A DNA stretch of 64,000 nucleotides. It comes from an uncultured Bacteroidota bacterium. GTDB lineage: Bacteria; Bacteroidota; Ignavibacteria; Kryptoniales; JAKASW01. The notes under the pieces are model-generated. The model saw only the letters and a program-made list of their open reading frames with translations, was not told the DNA's origin and ran no database searches. This document shows, piece after piece, positions 1-8,515 of the stretch. Numbering within the stretch: position 1 is the stretch's first letter; each line of letters opens with the position of its first letter. Location: assembly GCA_963703365.1 (NCBI GenBank), contig OY969815.1:1856605-1920604 (forward strand), read 5' to 3'. A program made the translations under genes and the position numbers.

Positions 1-525
1 AAGTTTCTCCATTCCGTTCAGCTCAAGATTCAGTATGTCAATTCGTTTGCTCAAATCTTTTTTTAAAGAACGCCCTTCGGCAATCCTCGCCTCTTGCAAT
101 TGTTTCAGCGCGGCATTGACGGCATTCTTAGCGGCCTCCCAATCATCGCCGTTCAACGACTCGACGGAACCGCCCTTGAACACATCTTTGAAACTCAAGA
201 TGTGCTCAAGTTTTATCGGAGTGGAAATGCGAGCAGTTTTTTTCAAAGACTTCAAAAGTCTGATAACTCTCTTCACCGACTCCGAGTCAATCGCAACGTC
301 ATCTTCTTCGCTTGAGCTGCTCAATGAAACCATTACCGATAGTTTGCCCCTGCCGATTTGCTGTCGAATCATTTCCCTCACATCGATCTCGCGAGTGGAA
401 AGATTCTGCGGGAGCTTCACATTCACTTCCAAGTATCGGCTGTTTACGCTTCTTATTTCAGCGGAGGCAGAATACTCGCCAATCGCAGCCTCGCCTCTGC
501 CGAATCCGGTCATGCTTCGAATCAT
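1..525 (-). CDS. yicC: YicC-family protein, N-terminal part (gene runs off the left edge)
   Basis: Not in the ORF track. Hand translation of the minus strand from the ATG (complement of 523-525) gives MIRSMTGFGRGEAAIGEYSASAEIRSVNSRYLEVNVKLPQNLSTREIDVREMIRQQIGRGKLSV..., open to position 1. The MTGFG start and SVNxRYL block are typical of the YicC N-terminal domain. The plus-strand ORFs 35-686 are its antisense shadows. Confidence 0.8.
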   Translation of the reverse strand, partial: MIRSMTGFGRGEAAIGEYSASAEIRSVNSRYLEVNVKLPQNLSTREIDVREMIRQQIGRGKLSVMVSLSSSSEEDDVAIDSESVKRVIRLLKSLKKTARISTPIKLEHILSFKDVFKGGSVESLNGDDWEAAKNAVNAALKQLQEARIAEGRSLKKDLSKRIDILNLELNGMEKL

Positions 526-765
526 TTCAGGAAATTCCTAAGAAAGAAAAATGGCACACCACTACCTGGCACTTTGTTTGCTTTATGGATAATTATTTTC
601 ATCCGCATAAGCCAGCTTTGCACACGTCACCACTGTTCCATCATACTATGAGGATTATACTTAGATACAAGAACAACAAACGATAGGAGTTCGACCCCTT
701 TGCAGAAGTTGAGACTCTGCAGCTCAAACCCACGAGTTAAGTTGTGGATTTCACATATGCCTTCC

Positions 766-792
766 GTAGGTCGACCACACTGGTCGACCTAC
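766..792. repeat. perfect 12-bp inverted repeat with 3-nt spacer (GTAGGTCGACCA-CAC-TGGTCGACCTAC)
   Basis: Read directly. It lies 30 nt beyond the stop of the truncated transposase-like ORF. There is no U tract after it on the minus strand, so it is not a clear terminator. Confidence 0.6.
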
Positions 793-821
793 TTCTTCAG
801 GCAATTCTCTATGTGAGGGTT

Positions 822-1010
822 TTATCTCCCTTTCGGGGCAACCTTAAATCGCTTGTCAGCGAGTCCTTTTTGCCCGTGCTGTTTGAATCTATCGACCCAC
901 TTCTTAACTGTCTTGACGTTAGTTCCGGTTTTCTCCGCGGTGCCGCGAAGGCTTCCGAGTTTCTTGTACATCTGGACAATCTTCAGTCTTTTTTGAACAT
1001 CACTAACCAT
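822..1010 (-). pseudogene. orphan N-terminal helix-turn-helix module of an IS-type transposase (IS481/IS630-like); no catalytic domain follows
   Basis: 62 aa: MVSDVQKRLKIVQMYKKLGSLRGTAEKTGTNVKTVKKWVDRFKQHGQKGLADKRFKVAPKGR. This resembles the HTH plus KDRSRRP-type linker that precedes the rve/DDE domains of IS transposases. The frame stops immediately afterwards and no DDE-like reading frame exists in 526-821. Confidence 0.45.
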
Positions 1011-1259
1011 GGTGTATTTCTCCTATTTTTATGTCAGTATAAGATACTAAAGTCTAAACAAAATTCCATGGCATAATTCTTTATTATTTTTAATTCGGAG
1101 TTTGCAGTTATGGGTTGAGGTAGGTATCATGTCAAGCCCGAGCGTTTCTGTCGGGCATCCAATAGATTCCCGCTGAAAGCATGGAATGATGACTACGCCG
1201 CAAGCAGCGGAGAATGGCAACCCTTAGAGATTCAAAAATTCAATGCTGCAATTGATGGC

Positions 1260-2630
1260 TTACTCACGCCAGGCAATAACTCTGTATTGGTTTGTGCCCG
1301 GGAAAGCGGGAGGAGCACTATAAGCAAAACGGCTGTCGTACTTGTAATCCTTCAAGTACCCAGTTGGACTTAATGTGCCAACTGCACCGCGAGTACTTTG
1401 CGTTAATGAACCCATTATGTTCAAATATCCTTTGAAGTTACCGTTATTAGTGTTGTTGGCATAATCTTCGTACGTAAAGGAGCCCAACGCGAAAATAGCG
1501 GCGTCGATAGTAGGATTGGCAGAGTTACTAGGATTATTAGGATTTCCATTGGACTGAGTTGTCAACATGACGTCGTTAGATGCAACAAGCCCTAACATAT
1601 CCGTCGCTGGATTATTGTAAGTAAGATTTCCAGTTATTAAAACGTTGCCATCGACACTTGAGTTAAAATAAGTATTCGAAGTACTAGTCGAGCTTATGCG
1701 GTTGTTCGAAGTCGGTTCTTGTGCTACAACCGTAACACTACCTCCGCTTACAATTCCCGAAACATGGACATCTCCATCTTGAACAAGGATTACTGCTTGC
1801 CCAGTCTGAGAACTAGCAATCGAGCTGAGTGTCACCGTTGTGGGAGATGTTGGGGTACCCGCAACTGACCACGTTGCGCCACTATTAGTAGTGTGCCGTG
1901 TCGTATCAGTTTCCGTTACCGTTCCGCCGGAATTAAAAGTTAAGTATACATCATAGGCATATTTGCTGCCTGTGTAGCTTGAGTTCGAATACGTTTTGGT
2001 CGCAGCAGCAGCCGTGGCAGAGATACTGGTCGGCAATGGAACATTTACACCAGATCTAAAAGAGTCAGCTTTAAGTGTGTCTCCGTTTCTGTCCGGTAAA
2101 ACCGCTGGGTTTGTGCCATTAAATGCGCTCGCCGGACCTTTGATCACAGGAACGCCGCTAATATACATCGTCCCGTTAGTTTGATAGGGACCCGTGAGGG
2201 TGTCTCCCGTTGTCCAATATACGCCATTGTCACTGTTCGTGAAAAATGCAAATCTAGAAAAAGCGAAGGGAGAGAGGAGAGCTTTAACTGTGTCGGTAAT
2301 ATTATATCCGCGAAAGCCCGCATAAGTTCCCGTCGCAGTTATCAAGAAATTGCCGTTAATACCTTGACCATTAATCGAATATGACCCGCCCCCAGGAAAG
2401 CTACTACCACTTAGGCCATTCTTCAATACGGTGGTATCCGCGTTGTTCTGGAAAATAGAGTCGCAAGCAAGATTTGCTACGCTCACTGCAATATTGTGTG
2501 CACAAGTAGAATCGTAATAATTTACAAAGTTTTCTATAGCACGGTTGCTCGTTCTATTCCAATATTGAGCTGCAACTCCAAATATTATGCTAAAGCCGAG
2601 TATAACAACAAGTGATGCTCTACCAACCAT
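1260..2630 (-). CDS. PilX-like large pilus-associated protein (putative minor pilin or tip component)
   Basis: 456 aa. N-terminal hydrophobic helix MVGRASLVVILGFSIIFGVAAQYW, followed by Ser/Thr/Asn/Gly-rich sequence. C-terminal block GSLTQSTRGAVGTLSPTGYLKDYKYDSRF...PPAFPG resembles the C-termini of PilX-N-domain proteins as I recall them. Last gene of a 3-gene pilin-like operon. Confidence 0.5.
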   Translation of the reverse strand: MVGRASLVVILGFSIIFGVAAQYWNRTSNRAIENFVNYYDSTCAHNIAVSVANLACDSIFQNNADTTVLKNGLSGSSFPGGGSYSINGQGINGNFLITATGTYAGFRGYNITDTVKALLSPFAFSRFAFFTNSDNGVYWTTGDTLTGPYQTNGTMYISGVPVIKGPASAFNGTNPAVLPDRNGDTLKADSFRSGVNVPLPTSISATAAAATKTYSNSSYTGSKYAYDVYLTFNSGGTVTETDTTRHTTNSGATWSVAGTPTSPTTVTLSSIASSQTGQAVILVQDGDVHVSGIVSGGSVTVVAQEPTSNNRISSTSTSNTYFNSSVDGNVLITGNLTYNNPATDMLGLVASNDVMLTTQSNGNPNNPSNSANPTIDAAIFALGSFTYEDYANNTNNGNFKGYLNIMGSLTQSTRGAVGTLSPTGYLKDYKYDSRFAYSAPPAFPGTNQYRVIAWRE

Positions 2631-2640
2631 TTTAGACCTC

Positions 2641-3255
2641 CTATCTTGCCGTAAGATTTCTTGATACTAACCTTGTTTGTTGCCAGTAAGCAAAATTGCT
2701 TGAGTATGCTGTATCATAAGCCGCTACCGGTTGGACCTCCAAAGTCAACTGCATTAAAACAGGGGGGCTCGGTGATCCTAAAATATAAGGTGGAGATATC
2801 TGAGTTTTAAATGTCTCGTAATATACTACCGAAAACAGCGTCACCCCGAGATTTGAACTATCAGTTACCGTAGCACCTTTACAATGTGTTATCCGAACAA
2901 GCATCTTTACATTAGGATTCGGACAATTTTGAACATGCGTCTTTTCTAAGTACCATATAACCGTATCCAAGCTTCCATCATCGTTTATGTCGCTCATGAA
3001 TGCTATGCTGTCGCTCCTACCATAAATAATGCAGCTATCGGCTGGCGGAGCTAATCCTCCGTTTCGATAGCCGATTTTTCTAAAATCCGATTCAAGATTT
3101 TGAACCAATGAAGTTAAATTCTGTTGTACTGTAAGGTCCTCCTGCGATTGAAACGTGTTTCTTGTCGCACTATCGTTTATCCTCAATGTGGTAAGGAGAA
3201 GCAACCCGCCGATCAACATCGATCCAATTATGTCTAGTAAAGAACTGCTGCCCAT
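2641..3255 (-). CDS. PilW-like putative minor pilin
   Basis: 204 aa. N-terminus MGSSSLLDIIGSMLIGGLLLLTTL (pilin-like hydrophobic helix with an acidic residue). The LESDFRKIGY segment resembles the PilW-type motif. The stop lies 10 nt before the next gene's start. Confidence 0.45.
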   Translation of the reverse strand: MGSSSLLDIIGSMLIGGLLLLTTLRINDSATRNTFQSQEDLTVQQNLTSLVQNLESDFRKIGYRNGGLAPPADSCIIYGRSDSIAFMSDINDDGSLDTVIWYLEKTHVQNCPNPNVKMLVRITHCKGATVTDSSNLGVTLFSVVYYETFKTQISPPYILGSPSPPVLMQLTLEVQPVAAYDTAYSSNFAYWQQTRLVSRNLTAR

Positions 3256-3313
3256 TTTTTACCTCGTCTAATACCAATAACTGAAAACATCGTACATCTT
3301 CACTGTGTCAAGA

Positions 3314-3784
3314 TTATCTGCCGTATTCCAAATACGGAGATAGAGCCTCTTTAGTCCATGTTGCACTTGCGCTCGGGCCATTAATATTTCCGGATGCATC
3401 CCGACTGACGTAGGAAACCTGAGTCTTAACCATGTAAACCCCAGTTGCTAATGAGTCTGTTTCAAGTCGGTAACCTTGCCCGGGTGGCCCGTTGTAGTCA
3501 TCATAATCATCCAGGGTATCCCCAATGGAACTTTCCTCTCCGAGGCTTGCCGGAGGCGTCAATCCACTTAATGCATTTACCCATGTCGAGTCCTTAGTAT
3601 GTTCATCAAATGCCAAATCTTCTGCCTTTTCAATTATAGAAGTCCCCAGCGACGTCGCATCAATACCAAAGCTGGTTTGCTGCACCACCTGAGTGCTACT
3701 ACTAATTTCTCTGTTAGTTGTAAGTATAATTGTCCCTAGAAGCACGATTGCTCCGATGGTCAGCAGCGTTTCTCCCGTTCCCAT
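3314..3784 (-). CDS. small pilin-like protein with N-terminal hydrophobic helix
   Basis: 156 aa. N-terminus MGTGETLLTIGAIVLLGTIILTTN; AAAGGA lies 8 nt upstream of the ATG. The upstream in-frame region (17 codons back to a TGA) has no ATG, GTG or TTG, so the start is fixed. Confidence 0.4.
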   Translation of the reverse strand: MGTGETLLTIGAIVLLGTIILTTNREISSSTQVVQQTSFGIDATSLGTSIIEKAEDLAFDEHTKDSTWVNALSGLTPPASLGEESSIGDTLDDYDDYNGPPGQGYRLETDSLATGVYMVKTQVSYVSRDASGNINGPSASATWTKEALSPYLEYGR

Positions 3785-3918
3785 GCAACAATTCCTTTCT
3801 CTATTGCTGAAATCTACAGAACTCTTTCCTGCAACTCAAATGATTCATGTCACAGCACAAGACAAACTTTACAATGTAAGTTCCCGTTCCTCACAACACA
3901 GACATCAACTACTTAAAA

Positions 3919-3934
3919 GTCAATTGCCGTGCCA
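3919..3934 (-). promoter_or_regulatory. sigma-54-like -24/-12 candidate (minus strand TGGCACGGCAATTGAC)
   Basis: The minus strand reads TGGCACG-GCAA-TTGA. The GG is correctly placed, but the -12 dinucleotide is GA rather than GC. It sits about 140 nt upstream of the pilin-like operon start. The core TGGCACGGCA recurs at 3994-4003. Confidence 0.25.
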
Positions 3935-4090
3935 TAAAACCATAGCTCACTCGTTAGAAAAAGGCATAAATAGAATTCCCCTGCGGTAAAAAATGCCGTG
4001 CCACTAGAAATAATTTCCACTTGCATTGGATGAGTTACACGTCTGTAATGGATGTGTTACAGATAGCTCATATTGGATAACAGCCGTTCG

Positions 4091-4174
4091 TGCCGAAGGC
4101 GGGACTCGAACCCGCATACCCTTTCGGGCGCTGCCCCCTCAAGACAGTGTGTCTACCAATTTCACCACTTCGGC
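4091..4174 (-). tRNA. tRNA-Leu (anticodon GAG), long variable arm, CCA not encoded
   Basis: Minus strand: GCCGAAGTGGTGAAATTGGTAGACACACTGTCTTGAGGGGGCAGCGCCCGAAAGGGTATGCGGGTTCGAGTCCCGCCTTCGGCA. Acceptor stem GCCGAAG/CTTCGGC, anticodon loop TTGAGGG, T-arm GCGGG-TTCGAGT-CCCGC. Confidence 0.9.
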
Positions 4175-4224
4175 TTGAGTTAAAAACTTAAAAAACTGTC
4201 CCCGAAAAAACAACATCAAATGAG

Positions 4225-4252
4225 TTTTCAATTTCAAATTATAAATTGAAAA
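4225..4252 (-). terminator. AT-rich 10-bp hairpin downstream of pnp
   Basis: TTTTCAATTT / AAATTGAAAA with an 8-nt loop, 15 nt after the pnp stop. The stem is all A/T and there is no separate U tract, so it is weak. Confidence 0.3.
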
Positions 4253-4266
4253 TCAAAAATTCAAAA

Positions 4267-6444
4267 TTATCTTCGCGGTCCTCTCCTCGACCGATCGGAA
4301 TGCCGATGCTCCGAATGCTGGTGTCTCTCTTCCTCCGGCTCGGAACCGGGATTAGGATTCTCAATCAAGACTTTCCGGCTCAAGTTGTATCTTCCCATGT
4401 CATCAACTTCCATCAACTTGATTTCAACCTCATCCCCGATTTTGAAAACGTCTTCCACCTTGTTGACGCGCTTGTGGTCTATCTGCGAGATATGCAGAAG
4501 TCCTTCCTTGCCGGGAAGAAATTCGACAAATGCTCCGAAATCCATGACTCGCTTCACGGTGCCTTTATAGACCTTCCCGACTTCCGGGGATTCGACAAGC
4601 CGCTCAATCATCTCTCTGGCTTTGTCGCTCGATTCACCGGAGACCGCAGCGATGACAACTGTTCCATCATCTTCTATGTTCACTTCCGCTCCGGTTTGCA
4701 GAACGATGTTCTTAATCACCTTGCCGCCCGGTCCGATCACGGCGCCGATCATGTCAACAGGGATCTTCATCGAAGTCATCCGAGGCGCATACTGCGAAAG
4801 TTCTTTGCGAGGCTCGGAAATCGTCTGTTCCATGATGCCGAGGATATGATAGCGTCCTTCCTTCGCTTGTTCGAGCGCTCGCGCCATGATATCGAATGAA
4901 ATGCCGCGGATTTTTATATCCATTTGAAATGCGGTGATACCGTCGCGCGTTCCTGCAACTTTGAAATCCATGTCGCCGAGATGATCTTCGTTGCCGAGAA
5001 TATCGGTAATCACTGCGACGTCGCCGCCTTCTTTGATGAGTCCCATTGCGATTCCTGCAACCGGCTTCGCGAGCGGCACACCAGCATCCATGAGCGCCAA
5101 CGATCCGGCGCAAACTGTCGCCATCGAGGACGAACCGTTCGACTCAAGAATATCCGAAACTATGCGAACCGTGTAAGGAAATTCCTTTTCACCGAGCACG
5201 AGATTTTTTAGCGCCCGCTCGGCGAGATTTCCATGCCCGATTTCTCTGCGCCCTGGTCCCATCATCCTCCCGACTTCGCCGACGCTAAAACCGGGAAAAT
5301 TGTAATGAAGCATGAACCGCTTCGTCGATTCAGGAAGCAGTCCGTCAATTGTCTGCTCATCTAATTTTGTGCCGAGCGTAACCGAAGTCAGGCTCTGCGT
5401 TTCTCCTCTCGTGAATAATGCCGAGCCGTGAGTCCGCGGAAGAATGCCAACTTCACACGTAATCGGACGAACATCTTTGTACCCTCTCCCGTCAAGCCTG
5501 CGGCTCTCCCTCAAAATCATTTGCCGCATATCGTCACGATCTATGTCGTGTAGAATCTCAGCGATTGTCGCCTCTTGGTCAGGATACTTTTCAGCAAGGG
5601 CAAGCAGCACATCAGCTTTGATCGCTTTTGTGCGTTCGCTTCGCTCGGCTTTCTTGACAATGCCTCTGTTCAACTCACGAATGCGATCATCTGCGAGCGA
5701 TTTCACTTCAGCAACAAGTGCCTCATTGGCTTCTGCCGGTTTCACTTCTCGCTTCGGTGTGTTTACGAGCGCTGCGAATTCTTTTTGGAGTGCCACGACC
5801 TCTTTTATGTACTTATGTGCAAATTCCAGTGCCCTTATCATCTCCGTTTCAGAAATCTCTCGTGCTTCCCCTTCGACCATCACGATGGAATCTTCCGAGC
5901 CGGCAACGATTAAATCCATGTCGCATTTAGGAAGCTGGGAAATCAACGGGTTGATTACATACTGACCGTCGATTCTTCCGACTCTAACTTCGGCAATCGG
6001 CCCGTCGAACGGAATGTCAGAGATCATCAATGCGGCTGAAGCTCCAATCGCGCCTAACACGTCGGGGTCGTTTTCACCGTCGAACGAGAAGACCGTGGTA
6101 ACGACCTGTGTTTCATACCGCCATTCTTTCGGGAAGAGCGGCCGAATCGGCCTGTCGATCAATCGCGATGAGAGAATTTCTTTCTCATTTGGTCTCCCTT
6201 CTCGTTTTATAAATCCGCCTGGAATCTTTCCTGCTGCAGATGTTTTCTCGCGGTATTCGACTTGAAGCGGTAGAAAATCCGTTCCTTCGATTATTTCTTC
6301 GGCTGCAACAACTGTTGCAAGCACGAGCGTATCGGCATAGCGTACCATGACGGCTCCACTCGCCTGTTTCGCGAACCTGCCGGATTCTATCGAGAGCTTC
6401 CTTCCGCCGATTTCTATTTCTTTACTTACAAAATCTTCCATCAT
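4267..6444 (-). CDS. pnp: polyribonucleotide nucleotidyltransferase (PNPase)
   Basis: 725 aa. Two RNase PH-like regions, then a KH domain and an S1 domain (GKVYKGTVKRVMDFGAFVEFLPGKEGLLHISQI). Syntenic after rpsO. Confidence 0.97.
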   Translation of the reverse strand: MMEDFVSKEIEIGGRKLSIESGRFAKQASGAVMVRYADTLVLATVVAAEEIIEGTDFLPLQVEYREKTSAAGKIPGGFIKREGRPNEKEILSSRLIDRPIRPLFPKEWRYETQVVTTVFSFDGENDPDVLGAIGASAALMISDIPFDGPIAEVRVGRIDGQYVINPLISQLPKCDMDLIVAGSEDSIVMVEGEAREISETEMIRALEFAHKYIKEVVALQKEFAALVNTPKREVKPAEANEALVAEVKSLADDRIRELNRGIVKKAERSERTKAIKADVLLALAEKYPDQEATIAEILHDIDRDDMRQMILRESRRLDGRGYKDVRPITCEVGILPRTHGSALFTRGETQSLTSVTLGTKLDEQTIDGLLPESTKRFMLHYNFPGFSVGEVGRMMGPGRREIGHGNLAERALKNLVLGEKEFPYTVRIVSDILESNGSSSMATVCAGSLALMDAGVPLAKPVAGIAMGLIKEGGDVAVITDILGNEDHLGDMDFKVAGTRDGITAFQMDIKIRGISFDIMARALEQAKEGRYHILGIMEQTISEPRKELSQYAPRMTSMKIPVDMIGAVIGPGGKVIKNIVLQTGAEVNIEDDGTVVIAAVSGESSDKAREMIERLVESPEVGKVYKGTVKRVMDFGAFVEFLPGKEGLLHISQIDHKRVNKVEDVFKIGDEVEIKLMEVDDMGRYNLSRKVLIENPNPGSEPEEERHQHSEHRHSDRSRRGPRR

Positions 6445-6460
6445 TTTTCCTTTTCATTTG

Positions 6461-6584
6461 ATCTGAGTTTGTAGGATTTCAGAACGTATAATTATTACCC
6501 TAACTTGTCGAAGCCGAAAACCAAAAGATGAAACCACCGGGACCGCGAAGTGACTGATAATTTTTTAATCCTGTGAATTCAGAT
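6461..6584 (-). promoter_or_regulatory. candidate long-range stem enclosing the rpsO-pnp intergenic leader
   Basis: On the minus strand, AUCUGAAUUCACAGGAUU (6584-6567) can pair with AAUCCUACAAACUCAGAU (6478-6461). That gives 6 + 2 + 6 bp with internal mismatches and brackets about 85 nt. Confidence 0.3.
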
Positions 6585-6853
6585 TACTTTCTGAGACCTA
6601 ATTCCTCGACGACCTTTCGGTAGCGGTCGATGTTTTTCGATTGCAAATAGTCCAAGAGGCGTCTCCTCTTTCCGACCATCTTCAGCAAACCTGTGCGCGA
6701 GTGATGATCCCTCTTATGACTCTCGAAGTGCTCGGAAAGTTCATTAATCCTTTTCGTCAGAATCGCAATCTGAACTTCCGTACTACCGGAATCTTTTGTG
6801 GTCTTGCCATATTTTTTAATTAATTCTTGTTTTTGTTCCTTAGTTAAGGGCAT
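6584..6853 (-). CDS. rpsO: 30S ribosomal protein S15
   Basis: 89 aa: [55 protein letters not shown]. Canonical S15. Confidence 0.97.
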   Translation of the reverse strand: MPLTKEQKQELIKKYGKTTKDSGSTEVQIAILTKRINELSEHFESHKRDHHSRTGLLKMVGKRRRLLDYLQSKNIDRYRKVVEELGLRK

Positions 6854-6869
6854 TCAAAAACTCCTATCT

Positions 6870-7835
6870 TTATTTGTTAAATGTTTTTACCAAGTATTCG
6901 TTCATCATTTTTTTGTCTTGATCCATTTGTAGGATGAGCTGACCGGCGGAATCGAATTTCAATTCGTCTCTGAGCCTGTGAATGAATGAAACCTTGATCC
7001 GTTTCCCGTAAATGTCCCTATCGAAATCCGAAATCCATACCTCTACGATCGGGATTCCTGAGTCTTCAAAAGTCGGTCGCACCCCTATACTCGCGAGTCC
7101 GATAAACTTTTCTTTTCCGGCATTGACTTCAACAACATAGACACCGAACGAAGGAAACAAAAGACGTTCATCAACCAATCTCAGATTTGCAGTCGGGTAA
7201 CCGAGAAGTCTGCCGCGCCCGTCACCGCGTATTACGAATCCATCAAATGAATATGGTCGCCCGAGCATCTCGTTCGCAAGCAAAAGGTTTCCTTCTTTCA
7301 AAAGTTTCCTAATGTTAGAACTTGAAACGACCATTCCCTCTATCAAAATCTTATCCACGAAATCGACGTTGAAGCCGATTCTCTTTCCGACTTCGCGGGC
7401 GAATTCAACAGTGCCCTGTGCCTTGTGACCGAAAGTATGATTGTAGCCAAGAACCAACTCGTGCAGTCCGATTTTTTTATAAATTAACTTAACGAGAAAA
7501 TCTTCTGCAGTTACAAGTGAAAAGTCGCGGTCAAATTTGAGAAGACAAATCTCATCGATACCGGCATCGCTTATCATTTGCACGCGCTCGTCATCGGTCA
7601 TCAGCATCGCGACTTCTTTCTTTCCGAGAATTTCCTGCGGATTAGGTGCAAATGTGATCAGCACACTTCTACTCCTCGAAGGTCCAGTACGCAAGGCGAG
7701 CGACTTGGCTTTTTCGACAAGTGTCTCTAATATTCTCTGATGCGCAACATGGATACCGTCAAACGTCCCAACGGTAACCACCGAATTCTTATTGGATTCA
7801 ATTTCATCAAGAGAATAATGAATCATGCCGCACAT
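6870..7835 (-). CDS. ribF: bifunctional riboflavin kinase / FMN adenylyltransferase
   Basis: 321 aa. GTFDGIHVAHQ adenylyltransferase motif and a C-terminal riboflavin kinase region (GYPTANL). An alternative start at 7826 would give an ATGA overlap with the truB stop. Confidence 0.93.
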   Translation of the reverse strand: MCGMIHYSLDEIESNKNSVVTVGTFDGIHVAHQRILETLVEKAKSLALRTGPSRSRSVLITFAPNPQEILGKKEVAMLMTDDERVQMISDAGIDEICLLKFDRDFSLVTAEDFLVKLIYKKIGLHELVLGYNHTFGHKAQGTVEFAREVGKRIGFNVDFVDKILIEGMVVSSSNIRKLLKEGNLLLANEMLGRPYSFDGFVIRGDGRGRLLGYPTANLRLVDERLLFPSFGVYVVEVNAGKEKFIGLASIGVRPTFEDSGIPIVEVWISDFDRDIYGKRIKVSFIHRLRDELKFDSAGQLILQMDQDKKMMNEYLVKTFNK

Positions 7836-8515
7836 CTTAATTTCAATTCATTGAGCTTAGTCGCATCCTCAACTTTATAAGAGCCGATCCGCGTTCTCAC
7901 AAGCTCTGTGAGAATTGCGCCGCAGCCTAATTTCTCTCCGATGTCTCTCGCAAGACTGCGCACGTAAGTTCCACTTGAACAAATGATTATCAGCTTGAGA
8001 AATGGCGGCAGGAAACTTTCGATCTTCATTTCATCTACGGTAACAACTTTCGGCTTAAGCGTGAATTCGACACCGCGTCTTGCAAGATGGTACGCCCGTT
8101 TGCCGTCGACCCACGCCGCGGAATATTCCGGCGGCACCTGCTCAATTCTTCCAGTAAACTTTTTCAATACTTCGACTATTTGTTCTTCGGAAAAATTGAT
8201 GTCAACTGTCTGTTCAACTACTTCAGTCTCAAGATCATTGCTTTTCGATGTGACACCTAACTTGAATGTTGCAAAATATTCTTTATCCAATTTCAAAAAA
8301 TCGTCCATCAATTTTGTTTTGCTGCCGGTGAGGACTATAAGAAGTCCCTCCGCTAAAGGATCGAGCGTTCCAGCATGTCCAACTTTTCTAAGTCTTCCCG
8401 CATACGGGATCTTCGACAATTCATTGCGCACTTTCCGAACGACTTCAAATGAAGTCATACCTTTCGGTTTGTAAACTGGAATTATTTCTCCGACCTCACT
8501 TGCCATCGTTCTCAT
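7823..8515 (-). CDS. truB: tRNA pseudouridine(55) synthase
   Basis: 230 aa. PVYKPKGMTSFEVV and GHAGTLDPLAEGLL catalytic Asp motif. An alternative start at 8506 is possible. Confidence 0.93.
   Translation of the reverse strand: MRTMASEVGEIIPVYKPKGMTSFEVVRKVRNELSKIPYAGRLRKVGHAGTLDPLAEGLLIVLTGSKTKLMDDFLKLDKEYFATFKLGVTSKSNDLETEVVEQTVDINFSEEQIVEVLKKFTGRIEQVPPEYSAAWVDGKRAYHLARRGVEFTLKPKVVTVDEMKIESFLPPFLKLIIICSSGTYVRSLARDIGEKLGCGAILTELVRTRIGSYKVEDATKLNELKLRCAA

Noticed and set aside
35-686. Four overlapping plus-strand ORFs (168, 73, 124 and 97 aa) at the left edge.
   Set aside because: They are antisense shadows of the minus-strand yicC gene (1-525), whose translation has clear family motifs. The plus-strand products are low-complexity and have no RBS.
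690-715. GGAGTTCGACCCC string that looked like a tRNA T-loop, and so a possible att site for an island at tRNA-Leu.
   Set aside because: It does not fold into a T-arm in either orientation. It matches the tRNA-Leu 3' end at only about half of the positions.
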